A DNA stretch of 63,817 nt, filler included, from Octopus bimaculoides (lineage: Eukaryota), in assembly GCF_001194135.2 (NCBI RefSeq). It is 7 parts of 6 records of this genome, joined end to end, with 100 filler letters (N's around TTAATTAATTAA, not from the genome) between each part and the next. Parts side by side here need not be neighbours in the genome. Positions count along the whole stretch, not along the records: positions 1 to 31,394 come from NC_068991.1; 6 more parts are not named here. One strand, 5' to 3'. Positions 1 to 12,385 of this stretch are shown piece after piece. Position 1 is the stretch's first letter. Each line of letters begins with the position of its first letter. Under the pieces are notes generated by a model that worked only from the letters and a program-made list of their open reading frames with translations, was not told where the DNA came from and did no database searches. The position numbers and the translations under genes were made by a program.

Positions 1-122
1 TATATAGAGATAGAGAGAGAGAGAGATAGAGAGAGAGAGAGATAGAGAGATAGATGATTATGTATGCACACATATATATATTTAAATATATATTCATATG
101 TATATATACATATATACAAATG

Positions 123-158
<36 letters not shown>

Positions 159-290
159 CATACATAAATACATACATATATATATGAATTTATGTGAATA
201 TGTGTTTATGTACGTATAATTATATGCAATTATGTATATATATATATTTATTAGTATATATATATATAGGTATGCATACACACATACACA
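1..290. repeat. Compound (AG)n/(TA)n/(CA)n/(TACA)n microsatellites
   Basis: Visible di- and tetranucleotide runs. Confidence 0.95.
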
Positions 291-839
291 TGCACCTTTG
301 TTCCTATTTCTACTGTATTTACTGACCGTAAAGATTCAGGCTTCTCAAATTTCTCCGGCCAAATAATTTTCTCTTCGGACCGCACCCGTTATGGAGCCAC
401 ATTCGAAATTAAATGTTTGCACATTTTGTCTTTTCCTATGCAGCGTTAAGATAGAGTACTTTGAGCGAACGATTACATATATCGTCGTCTACTTGTTTTT
501 CCGTCTCGTCCGAGTCTCGTCTTGTATCGCGCTGTCTCGTTTCGCCTTGTTCGCAGATATTTAGCAACATGTTATGTTGGTAGATATTAGATGACATGGT
601 TGAAAGAAAGGTGATAAATGTTTAAGGAACGGGCAGGAACCTTTTAGTAAAACATTAAGAAACAGGTCTACCAACTGTTGAGTAGTCCTGTTTAATACGT
701 GCGACTATGTTTTCTTAAGTCACCCGAATGCTTCAGACGCCATCTTTCTTAACTCTCAGGTTACGTGCTATCCTCACCTTTTATTGTTTGTATGGGTGTG
801 CGTGTATGGGTGCGCGTGTAAGTGTGATTGCGTGTACCT

Positions 840-883
<44 letters not shown>

Positions 884-951
884 ATGTGTGTGTGTGTATG
901 TGTGTGTATGTGTGTGTGTGTGTGTGTAGATATGCATGTATATATATATGT

Positions 952-988
<37 letters not shown>

Positions 989-1870
989 NNNNNNNNNNNN
1001 NNNNNNNNNNNNNNNNNNNNNNNNNNNNNNNNNNNNNNNNNNNNNNNNNNNNNNNNNNNNNNNNNNNNNNNNNNNNNNNNNNNNNNNNNNNNNNNNNNNN
1101 NNNNNNNNNNNNNNNNNNNNNNNNNNNNNNNNNNNNNNNNNNNNNNNNNNNNNNNNNNNNNNNNNNNNNNNNNNNNNNNNNNNNNNNNNNNNNNNNNNNN
1201 NNNNNNNNNNNNNNNNNNNNNNNNNNNNNNNNNNNNNNNNNNNNNNNNNNNNNNNNNNNNNNNNNNNNNNNNNNNNNNNNNNNNNNNNNNNNNNNNNNNN
1301 NNNNNNNNNNNNNNNNNNNNNNNNNNNNNNNNNNNNNNNNNNNNNNNNNNNNNNNNNNNNNNNNNNNNNNNNNNNNNNNNNNNNNNNNNNNNNNNNNNNN
1401 NNNNNNNNNNNNNNNNNNNNNNNNNNNNNNNNNNNNNNNNNNNNNNNNNNNNNNNNNNNNNNNNNNNNNNNNNNNNNNNNNNNNNNNNNNNNNNNNNNNN
1501 NNNNNNNNNNNNNNNNNNNNNNNNNNNNNNNNNNNNNNNNNNNNNNNNNNNNNNNNNNNNNNNNNNNNNNNNNNNNNNNNNNNNNNNNNNNNNNNNNNNN
1601 NNNNNNNNNNNNNNNNNNNNNNNNNNNNNNNNNNNNNNNNNNNNNNNNNNNNNNNNNNNNNNNNNNNNNNNNNNNNNNNNNNNNNNNNNNNNNNNNNNNN
1701 NNNNNNNNNNNNNNNNNNNNNNNNNNNNNNNNNNNNNNNNNNNNNNNNNNNNNNNNNNNNNNNNNNNNNNNNNNNNNNNNNNNNNNNNNNNNNNNNNNNN
1801 NNNNNNNNNNNNNNNNNNNNNNNNNNNNNNNNNNNNNNNNNNNTATATATATATATATATATATATATAT
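840..1870. repeat. (TA)n/(TG)n microsatellites flanking an N gap (989-1843)
   Basis: Visible runs; the overlapping ORF calls are read-throughs of repeats and Ns. Confidence 0.95.
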
Positions 1871-2214
1871 CACATTTAACGCAACCAGAACGAACGTCTT
1901 TGATATTTTAGTATCTTTTATGTGACTCATAATATTTTTTATCACGGTCTCGCCTTGCTGTCTCTGCATATCTGCTCCATTTATCACCATATGTAGATAG
2001 ATAAGCATACAGCACGAATACCTGCATATCTATATATATACACATTTGTACACACACACAGACACACATGCGTGCGCGCCACGCAAATACACACAAACAC
2101 ACACACACACCAACACACACACACATATATAATATAAATAATATATAAGTTGAATCTATCTATCTATCTATCTATCTACCTACCTATCTATCTATCTGTC
2201 TATCTATCTATCTA

Positions 2215-2247
<33 letters not shown>

Positions 2248-2266
2248 GTGTGTGTGTGTGTGTGTG

Positions 2267-2372
2267 TATAAGTCCTGGGAGTCGATTCGTTTGACTAAAA
2301 CTCATCAAGGCGATGCTCCAGCAAGACCGTTGTCTAATGACTGAAACAAGTAAATGATAAAAAGAGAAAAGA
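2267..2372 (+). mobile_element. SINE family B, 3' tail fragment
   Basis: ATAAGTCCTGGGAGTCGATTCGTTTGACTAAA...AAGGCGATGCTCCAGCA...ATGACTGAAACAAGTAAA matches the tails of the fuller copies at 14652-15018 and 15433-16010. Confidence 0.8.
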
Positions 2373-2426
2373 TAGAAGGTACTCTATATGCAGGTACTCT
2401 ATACGCAGTAAAATTAAAAAAAAATT

Positions 2427-2665
2427 CTTTCTACAATAGACACAGGGCCTGAAATTATTTTAGGGGCAANNNNNNNNNNCAATAGACACAGGGCCTGAAA
2501 TTATTTTAGGGGCAACATCTAGTCGATTACATCAACTTAGTGCTCGACTGGTCGTTGATAAAAATAAAAGGTCAAGTCGACACCGGCGGAATTTGAACTC
2601 AGGACGTAGAGATGAACTAAATACCATTAAACATTTTGTCAAACATACTAACGATTCTGCTAGCT
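2427..2665 (-). mobile_element. SINE family A (tRNA head, Meta-core-like body), degenerate
   Basis: Shares GTCGAC..CGGCGGAATTTGAACTCAG and CTAACGATTCTGC.AGCT with the other family A copies. Confidence 0.75.
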
Positions 2666-3524
2666 GGGTACTGTATTTTGAGAAGTAATGATCCATTTCA
2701 GATGAAGTAGAAAGTTTCTTTTATTTTAATGAGAATTAATACAAATTCTCCTGATACATTAAGATCACTATCTTTTACAGTTTTTCTCAGTGCCGTTTGC
2801 TTGAGTGTTCTGATTATTTGGTGTCGATGTAATCGATTTAGCCCCTTCTCCGAAACTGCTGGCCTTGTGCCAAAATTTGAAATCAATATTCAACGCAGGG
2901 TCGAATGGTGGCCGTATAGAGAGGTATAAGAACGTTGCAAGCATAGAAGAGAAATCCAACCATCTTGGCAGCCGACATGACAATCAAATGGTTTTTCTAG
3001 AACCCCTCGAGATTGAAAAACTTACAGCAGGCTATTGTATTAAGTGAACTGGGAACGTAAAAAATGAAAATTGCTTCAATTCAAATGATATTTTAGCAGG
3101 AGTTCTGTCGAGTCTGCCATCGTCCTGTCGACAGCTGGCAATCTTTGTGAGTAAAACATAAAACATTTCCTCTAAATTCATGTTTACCATTAAAGTTTTT
3201 AAGTAAAATAAATAATTTGGAATTCAGAATGTTTCTTTTCAAAAACATACGAAAACGAAATCTTCTAAAAGAAACAAACCGTGGACATTTCTGCAGAATT
3301 CTTATACACTTCCAAATTCTTTCTACGTTACACGTTTTGCTGCCAACCAAGACTAATTCCCTTTTAGAGATAAAACATTCGCTACACCTGTTGGTCTCTC
3401 TTTCATTTATTTTCAACCCTTTTTTTTTACATCTACAGCTGACACTAATATATCAGTATTATTATTGTTACTAACTTGTCAGTTTAGTGGCCGCAGAAAT
3501 GTACTACTGCTGTTGCTGCTTCTA

Positions 3525-3559
<35 letters not shown>

Positions 3560-3607
3560 ATTAACACTACTGATGCTGCTGATGATGATGATTCATTCTA
3601 TTATATG

Positions 3608-4012
3608 CACAGGGCCTGAAATTTTTTGGGGGGCCGTAAATACGGTTGAAATTCCGCTAAGTATTTTGTCCGGTGTTCTAAGGGTTCTGTCAGTTCGTTG
3701 CCTTCGCTAATAGTAATAATAATGGTTTCAAATTTTGCTTCAAGGGCAGCATTTTGGAGGAGATGTGTTGAACTCAGAACGTAGTGACGGGCGAAATACC
3801 GCTACGTATTTAGCCCGGCGTGCTAACGATTTTGCCAGCTCGCCGCCTTAACTAATGGTAATAATAATCCTTTCTACTATAGGCACAAAACCTGAAATTT
3901 TGGGGAAGTGGTCTAGTCGATTACATCGATCCCAGTGTTTCACTGGTACTTAATTTATCGATCCCGAAAGGATGAAAGGCAAAGTCGACCTTTACAGAAT
4001 TTGAACTCAAAC
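3608..4012 (-). mobile_element. Three head-to-tail partial SINE A copies
   Basis: Repeated tail GGCACAAAACCTGAAATTT, core GAAAGGATGAAAGGCAAAGTCGAC and head GCTAACGATTTTGCCAGCTCGCCGCCTT, separated by (AAT)n. Confidence 0.8.
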
Positions 4013-5008
4013 GTGCGCTATCCCGAACAGATTTACCCACCACAATCTCTACCTCACGTGCTACATCATAGAGGGTAGGGGAGAAACCTGGCATGAGTGG
4101 GGCCCTGATCAATTTGAATCAATCGAAAGCTATTGACATGGTCAGCCATCAATATTTGGAGGTTGTCCTCGCGGCGGCCAGTTTCGGTCTCGTTTAGAGG
4201 CTGGATCGCTGCAATGTACAGCGGCATCTGTTCGGTGGTCAAAGTAAACGGCCACCTATCGGAATCGTTTAGTATCGTTCGTTCGGTCTGTCAAAGATGC
4301 CCACTCTCCCCGTCAGTAGTGCTGGCTCGCTAAGGAAGTTGGATATTTTGAGGGGCATCCCCCGTGATCTAGGTTCGTGTCAGCATATGCAGACGACGTC
4401 ACCGTAGTAATGTCGGACAGCTCGAAAATCGAAGGAAGTACGAAGCGGTGGCAGGAGCAAAAATTAATCAGGACAAGTCGGTGGGCCTGCATCTCGGTTC
4501 CTGGAGAGGCCAACCGACAGCTTTGTAGGGTGCAAGACGGAAGGACAGGTTAAATTGCTCGAGGTCTGGTTTGGTCCGGACCTCTAGGTGGACAAGTACT
4601 NNNNNNNNNNNNNNNNNNGGGGGGGGGGGGCGAGGTGACTAGCAGGGTAGCCAATTTCTCTCAGAAATGGACAGAGAGGAAGCTGTCCCTGAAAGGTCGG
4701 GTGGAGGTGCGAATGCGTATATCGCTCCATCATCTATTACTACCTGGACGTTGTCCCTGGCCCTGCTTCGTTGATGATCAAGCTGGAGCGATTGCTCTTC
4801 CGCTTTCTGTGCAAGGGACGTGTTCCGCTTCTTAGGTGGTCCATCTACTGTCAACAACCACTGAGTGAAGGTCTGGGCATGATGCGCAGACACACGCTGA
4901 GGCCGTAACATCTCCAGCGCTTTCTTAACGGTGAGCAAAATTTTCGTCTCGACGACGGAGCTACAGTCCTGGATCAAGTGTAGACCAAGAAAGGGCACTT
5001 GGTACCTG
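4013..5008 (+). mobile_element. Tx1/L1-clade LINE reverse transcriptase fragment, frameshifted
   Basis: Translations include NQSKAIDMVSHQYL, WIAAMYSGICSVVKVNGHLSESFSIVRSVCQRCPLSP, SAYADDVTV (YADD) and WTERKLSLKGR, which are L1/Tx1 RT motifs. Confidence 0.85.
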
Positions 5009-5537
5009 GAGTTTCGCCCTTCATCTTTTCAGAGTTGAGAAAATAAGTACGAGTTGAGTGCTGGGGTCGATGTAATGTACTTACTCCTTCCTCGAAATTA
5101 CTGTTCTTACGCCAAAATTTGAAATCATCATCATTATTATTATTAAGGCGGTGAGCTGTCAGAATGCTTAGCAGCATTTCGTCCGTGGTCGACTTCACCT
5201 TTCATCCTTTCGCGATCGATTAAATTAAGTACCCGCCAAGTACTGGGTTCGATGTGATCGACTATTATCCGTCCCCACAAATTCCAAGCCCTGTGCCTAT
5301 ATTAGCAAGGATTATTATTAAAACGGTGAGCAGGCGGAATCTCGAGCAGGCAAAATGTTTAGCGGTATTTTCTCCGTCTTTACGTTCTGAGTTCAAATTC
5401 CACCGAGGTCAACTTCGTTTTTCATTTTTTCCGGGTCGATGAAATGAGTACCAGCTGAGTACTGGAATCGATGTAAACGGCTTACCCGTTCTCCCAAAAT
5501 GCCGGCCCTGTGTGAAGATTTGAAACCGTTGTTGTTA
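5009..5537 (+). mobile_element. Three head-to-tail SINE A copies (~5009-5146 5'-truncated, ~5147-5320, ~5321-5537)
   Basis: Head GGCGGTGAGCTG, B-box-like GAGTTCAAATTCC, core CCTTTCATCCTTTCG..GTCGAT and (ATT)n tails running straight into the next head. Confidence 0.85.
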
Positions 5538-6229
5538 TTTTTTTATTATTGAATTCTTCCAAGAACCACTTTACATTTGATTATTTCAGCATCGATAAGT
5601 TAAAGGATCCGTTAAGGTGTGAGATCGATGTACTAAAGTTAGAAAAATAATGATTAAGTGCGTGTAATGAAATTGCTGCAACTGGGTTTCGAAATATCAA
5701 TCACTATTCACCAAACGCTCGATTCACACTCATCGAACTAGCCTCTGTTTTATGAAAACGTATGCAGGTAGCAGATTACACAAGATAGTCCATACATAGA
5801 AACAGATGTATGAAATACAACCTGCTATCGCACAATTAGTATGTGGAGCCAGTTTGTCTCAATTATACCAATATCGCTAAAAAGTTAGGAATCCTTCGAT
5901 GTCAGCAGAAAAGGTTTAAGCTACAGAAATAAAGAAAAACAGAAACTTTTCTTGAAGTTATCTATGGAAAATATTACCTCAGAGATTCTAAGTTTTATAT
6001 GAATAAAAGCAATTCAAATATTTCTATTTAATATTTTGCCACAACTAAAAGAATTTTAAAACATATAGATGAAATAATTTTAAAAATATGAATAAATAAA
6101 TGAAGGGATATGGCAGTTTCTGTTTTGTTGTAGTGGACTTTCTGGCTCATCCTTAGATATGTTTAGGGACCGGGGAAATGGCGGAGTGGTAGTGGTAGGG
6201 ATGGGGTGAGGGAAGATGACAAGAAGCAA

Positions 6230-6510
6230 CAACAACAGCAATATCAGCGTTTACAACAGCATCCACAATGCCCCAGGACTACGATGACGACGACAAAAGC
6301 TAAGTAGACCCTCACCACCAACACCACGACCATCACCACTAGAAACACTTCCAGTAGCAACAAAATAATGGCGGCGTTGTTGATGATGATAATGATGATA
6401 ATGATGATGGATGGTGGTGGTGGTGGTGGTGGTTGTGGTGGTAATGATGATGATAACACCAACGGCATCTTAACAACAACGACAGCAGTAATAGCAGCAA
6501 CAGCAGCAGC

Positions 6511-6584
<74 letters not shown>

Positions 6585-6869
6585 CAGCAGCAGTAGTAAG
6601 TACAATTATTTTTTATATTTATCTTTACATTAATGATGATGACGATAGGGAAATGGAGGAGGAAGACGAGAAGGAGGGAGGAGGAGGAGGAGGAGGAGGA
6701 GGAAAAGGGGGGAAATATGAGAACGATGACGATGATGAAGATGATGATGATGATATAATCGACCGAAACTTTCTTAGAATCTGCGTTATATCCATTTATT
6801 ATACTCCTGATCCCCCTCCCCCACGCTACCCCTCTTTAGTTCCAAAATCTTTATCATCATCATCATCAC

Positions 6870-6938
<69 letters not shown>

Positions 6939-6965
6939 CATTATTATTATTATTATTATTATCAT
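6230..6965. repeat. Compound trinucleotide microsatellites (GAT, GGT, GTA, GGA, ATT)
   Basis: Visible runs; the poly-V/poly-L ORFs are repeat translations. Confidence 0.95.
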
Positions 6966-7317
6966 CATTACTCTATGGTTTATCATGGGGAGAGATATTA
7001 TTTCCCTTTGACAGCTTTCAGAACCCAAACAGTTCTACACATTTCGTTTTCGTATCTTTTTTTTTCCTCTGTTTTTTGTTTGTTTGTTTGTTTGTTTGTG
7101 TCTGTTATTCTGTTATTTGGTTGTGTTGTTGCTGTATTTCGCTCATTTGTATATGTCTTTTTTTCCTTTTTGTTTTTGCTCTGTGTGTGTGTGTGGTATT
7201 TTTCTTCCCCGCCCCCCCCCTTTTTTTTTTATCTAAAAGCAGGAACTAATTATAAACTGTTCACAAACGGCTTTGAACTGAATGACAGGTGTCATTCCAT
7301 ACATGAATTAACACTGT

Positions 7318-7366
7318 ATTATTATTATTATCATAATGATTATTATTATTATTATTATTATTATTG

Positions 7367-7422
<56 letters not shown>

Positions 7423-7425
7423 TAT
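7318..7425. repeat. (ATT)n microsatellite
   Basis: Visible run. Confidence 0.95.
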
Positions 7426-8937
7426 TTGGTGTTGTTGTTGTTCTTGTCGGTGTTGTCGTTATTATTTCATTTGTTAGTTTGCATGACTGCTTGTTTTATC
7501 TTTCGTTGTTTTTTTTCCTTTCGTTCTCTCTTTCTTTTGTACAAATGTTATGTGTATTTGTTGGTCTTTGTGTTGTGTTTCGTGAGTGTTTGCCTTCATC
7601 AGTAAAAAGCTGTGACATCTCAAGTAAAAACCTGTATTCCTCCAATGAAAACATAACACGGTCGGTCATCATTTTCCATGTATCGGTAATCAATCGACGA
7701 ATTCAAGCAAGCAATAATGATATTCTTAACGAAACGTCAAAATGAAACGAACGAAGTCTTTTTTTGAAGACTCCAATGCATTTATTTCTTTATTTATTCA
7801 TTTATTTATCTCATTTTTTTTTTAAATAAGAAGAATATAAATCGTAAACGTTATATCTGTCTCTTCTTTCCTTTTTATTTTGTCTTCCATCTTCGTTTTC
7901 TTTTCTTTACTTTCTCTTGGTGGTTATAAATTCACATTTTTGACTAACAATTAATTGCCTGCTCTTAGAAGGAAAAAGTATGTAAGAAAGAAACAAAGAA
8001 AAGAATGGTAAAAGAATATAAAAAAAATGTAAATAAAAACATTCTGAAGTTGTCAATAACGTAGTTTGTTCATAGATGTATTTGTTTTTGTATGTCCTTT
8101 GTCGTTTCTTATTCTTGGACAAGGTCCCTTAGCATTTATTGTGTTCGCGCTCATCCAGAACAGTTCTTCATTGTTGTTAGTTATTATAGCAACTAGAACT
8201 ACCGATATTCTTGATTCTAAATCGATATTGTTCAGAATTACGAAGGAGTAACGATAAGAATGGAACCCACCAGAGAGAAATAAACTTATTTCTTCTCTTT
8301 ATGCCGTCAGTTAATAAATACCCGATGTATAAGAAAAGAAGAAATAGCCAGGGGAAGATAAATAGATGGAGGAAGAAAGAGAAAGAGAGAGAGAGAAAGA
8401 GAGAGAGATAGAGAGAATGACAGAATGTTATAAAGGTAAATAGAAATGGTGGAAATACTAGACAAAAACAGACGATAGTACAAGACGTATCATTGCAGGG
8501 TAGAGGGGAAAATGTGTTTATTCTAAACCAATGACCAAAATACTAAGCAAAGCTAAAAACTTTGTTGAATATAAAAGTAGTAAGGAATAATTGCGAAAGC
8601 CAATATCGGGGGGGGGGGGGTGCAAAAATATGCATGCATACTTTTACATTCATACATGTATGTATGCATGAGTATACGCATGCTTGCGTATGTACACCTA
8701 TACATGCATTTATATATATATGATATATNNNNNNNNNNNNNNNNNNNNNNNNNNNNNNNNNNNNNNNNNNNNNNNNNNNNNNNNNNNNNNNNNNNNNNNN
8801 NNNNNNNNNNNNNNNNNNNNNNNNNNNNNNNNNNNNNNNNNNNNNNNNNNNNNNNNNNNNNNNNNTATATATATATATATATATATATATGCAAGTGTGC
8901 TTTCATAGAGATACATATAAATAAAATAAAGCAAAAG

Positions 8938-8981
<44 letters not shown>

Positions 8982-9109
8982 CAGGTATATATATCTGTGT
9001 ATGTATGTATGTATGTATGTATGTATGTATATGATCATATGTGAAGTGAATAAAACAGAAGAAAATGCAGAGAATGTTTTACAAATTACAAACCAAAAAA
9101 GAAAGAAGG

Positions 9110-9236
9110 AGGAGAAGAAGAAGAAGAAGAAGAAGAAGAAGAAGAAGAAGAAGAAGAAGAAGAAGAAGAAGAAGAAGAAGAAGAAGAAGAAGAAGAAGAA
9201 GAAGAAGAAGAAGAAGAAGAAGAAGAAGAAGAAGGA
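9110..9236. repeat. (GAA)n microsatellite
   Basis: Long, near-perfect GAA run. Confidence 0.97.
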
Positions 9237-10020
9237 ACATGGTGGTAAGGAAAATAATGATGATGATGACAACGATGATGATGATGATGATAATTTTGAA
9301 AGATAGCTAAAACAACTGCTGAAACACGAAGGATGCTGGCAATAGAGTATCTGCGAGGTAGATATAATAGGTAATAGATAGTAATGATGGAGAAAAGACG
9401 GCGAAAGAAAAGGTTGCATATACGGAGACGGACATCAGGAGAGGAAGACTCCGAGAAAGAGGGGGTAAAGGATGAGAGAGATGGGGAGCGAGAAGGAGAG
9501 AGAGACAGAGAAAAGGAGGGATGGGGAGAGTGAAAGTAAGACAGAGAGAAAGGAAGATAGGAAAGGCATTGGAAACGATGATGAGGAAGACAGAGAAGAA
9601 AAAAAAAAGTATTATATGGAAATAGCATAAGAAATTCAGGCTGACAGAGACAGACAATCAGGCAGTCAGAAAGATTGAGAGACAAAGAGACAGACAGACA
9701 GACAAATATATATTTAATGAAACAAGCATTTAGAGAGAGAGAGAGAGAGAGAGATACAGAGATAGGTGGAGTAGGACAGAAAAAAAGGGCTTAAGATGAG
9801 AGGAAGTGGTTGATGATAATAATTGAGTGAGAGGACTGAGAGCTAGAAAGAGCGTGACAGGAGCCTTTGTTGTAAGTCTACGAGGAATGGCGAAGGAAAA
9901 AAAGAACAGCAGTCACTGGTGTAAATCTGTCGAAACGTTACTCTCGCTCACACAGACCCGCAAGAGCGCGAGCGCGCATGCACGCACGCACGCACACACA
10001 CGTATTCTTTTATTCTTTTA

Positions 10021-10177
10021 TTCTTTTATTCTATTATTTGTTTCAGTCATTTAACTGCGACCATGCTGGAGCACCGCCTTTTGTCGAGCAAATCGACCCC
10101 AGGACTTATTCGTTGTAAGCCTAGTACTTATTCTATCGGTCTCTCTTGCCGAACCGCTAGGTTACGGGGACGTAAAC
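10021..10177 (-). mobile_element. SINE family B, 3' half
   Basis: GTTTCAGTCATTTAACTGCGACCATGCTGGAGCACCGCC...CCCCAGGACTTATT is the reverse complement of the family B tail. Confidence 0.85.
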
Positions 10178-10267
10178 AAATATCCCTTCAATTAAACTGT
10201 CTTATAAGACCAGAAGTATAAATTTGGAAAGCTTTCGGTTATAAATCTGATTAATTTTGGATAAATA

Positions 10268-12385
10268 TTAGTTTTTAATTTTGGCACAAGGGAGCAACTT
10301 GAAGGTGAAAGCTATTCGATTTCATCGTCCTCAGTATTTAACTGGTACTTATGCTATCAACCCCAAAAAGATGAAAGGCAAAGTTGACTGCGGCTGAATT
10401 TGAACATAGACGAAATGCCGCTAAGCATTTTGTCCGGTGCGGTAACGATCCCGCTAGTTCTCCGTCTAAATCAGTGCTTCCCAACCTAGGGTCTGCAGAA
10501 CCCTGGTGGTCCGCAAAGGTAGTTCCTGTGCGGGAGGCGGGGTGGGGGTCCGCGAACTAAATTCAAAAATTAAAATATATATATATATATAAGGATAAGC
10601 ATATTAAAAGGGGTCCATGGGAAAGCTCCTTTAAATAAAAGGGTTGAGAACCACTGTTGGGAACCAGTGGCATAGATCATAACTGAATATTAGTTTCAAA
10701 TTTTTGCATAAGACCAGCAACTTTGGTGAAGAGGTGCGTCGATTAAATCGACCCCAGTCTTCAGTTGGTGCGTATTTTATCGACCCGAATGAATGAAAGG
10801 CAAAGTCGACGGCAGAATTTTATCCGGCGTGCTAACGATTCTGCGAGCTCACCGTCTTTGGTCTCAAATTTTGGCATAAGACCAGCAATTCCGGGTGGCC
10901 GAGTAATTCGATTACATCGATCAAGTGCTCAGCTGCTACTTATTTTATCGACCATGGAAGGATGACAGTCAAAGCCGAACACACCGGAATTTGAACTCAG
11001 AACGTAAAGACGGACGAAATGCCGCCAAGCACTTTGCCCGGCGTCCTAAGGATTCTGTCAGCTCGTCGCCTCAATCTTAGCTAAATATCGATTTCAAATT
11101 TTAGCACAATACCAAAAGATTTTGGGAAGTGGTTATGTCGATTACATTGACCCCGGTGTTCAACTGGTCCTTATTTAATCGATTCCTAAAAGATGAAAGG
11201 CAAAGTCAACCTCGGCGGTATTTGAGCCCAGAATCTTAGCTAAACACCAAGAACAACAACAGCAGTATTTTAAACTAATAGCTTCCTTTTTATTTTCTCC
11301 TCGAGCTCTAGTATTCGTATGAATAAGCTCGGTTACGTTGCTCCCATGGCGTGTAGGTGACCGAGAACACAGTGCTCCCTCTACAGAAGTGACTGAGATT
11401 GCAACATCCTCCCTGAATGAGGTGTTTGTCGAATGCAGGATTCAAGACCAGCATTTTAAAGAGAAGGAACTTAGTCGTTTACATTGACTCTAGGATTTGA
11501 CTTGTTCTTTATTTTAAGAACCCGAAGGAATGAAAGTCAAGGTTCACTTCGATGAATTTTGAACGCAAAAAGCCGGAAAGAATACTGAATTTTTCTTTTG
11601 TGACCGGTCAAAGAGTCTACAATTTTGCTACCTTACTAATCTTCTACTTCACCTTAAATATGAATTTCTGTTAGATATTCGTACTTACTACTCATCAATA
11701 TGTCAATGTTTTAAGGCAGCAACTTGACAAATTCGTTAGCGATATTTCGTCCGTCTTTACATTCTGAGTTCATATTACACCGAGATCGACTTTGCTCCTT
11801 ATATTTTCCGGGTCATAAAATGAGTATCATTTGAGCACTAAGGTCTTCTCACTTCCTCACAATTGTGCTCAATTTTGAAACCAATATTTCAATATTTCAT
11901 ATTGATTTCAAATTTGGCACAAGAACAACTTCGGTGGGGGAGGAATATATCAATTACATCGATCCTAGTGCTCAACTAGTACTTATTCGATCGATTCTGA
12001 AAGGATTAAAAAGCAAAGTAGGCCTCGGCGAAATTTGAACTCAGAACATAAAAGCGGTCAAATTGCCGCTAAGCATTTTACCTAGCGTGCTAATGATTCT
12101 GTCAGTTCGCTACCTTATTTCAGTATTTGATGTTGTCGGGTATTTTGGAGGTGGTAAGCTGGCAGAATCTATAACACGTCGGACAAAATGCTTAGTAGCA
12201 TTTTGTCCGTCTTTACATTCTGAATTAAAATTCCGCTGTGGTCGACTTTATCTTTCATCCTTTCGGGAGGTCGATAACATAAGTAGCAGTTAAGTAATGG
12301 AGGGGATTCGATGGAAAATCAACTTGTTACCCCCATTCAAAAAAGCTATCCTTGTTCCATTCCAAAATTTGAAACAATATTTCTT
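10268..12385. mobile_element. Cluster of about eight SINE A copies, mostly minus strand; plus-strand copies at ~11715-11890 and ~12148-12385
   Basis: Recurrent GAAAGGCAAAGTCGAC, GAATTTGAACTCAGAAC and GCTAACGATTCTG.CAGCTC blocks at ~10268, 10689, 10860, 11085, 11445, 11715, 11900 and 12148. Confidence 0.85.
10472..10656. mobile_element. hAT (Charlie-like) MITE
   Basis: Terminal inverted repeats CAGTGCTTCCCAACC and GGTTGAGAACCACTG; left flank GTCTAAAT fits the Charlie-type NTCTARAN target; a second degenerate right end follows at ~10657-10669. Confidence 0.75.

Noticed and set aside
728-2008. Long ORFs of 300-560 aa in the ORF track (also at 17-21 kb, 38.7-39.4 kb and 55-56.8 kb)
   Set aside because: They are translations of N gaps and microsatellites, with no coding signal.
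7575-7612. Minus-strand CTGATGA-AGGCAAACACTCAC-GAAA, a hammerhead-like box pair
   Set aside because: No stem II pairing and no stem I or III.
6339-7745. Poly-V, poly-L and poly-Y ORFs resembling membrane or low-complexity proteins
   Set aside because: Fully explained by trinucleotide microsatellites.
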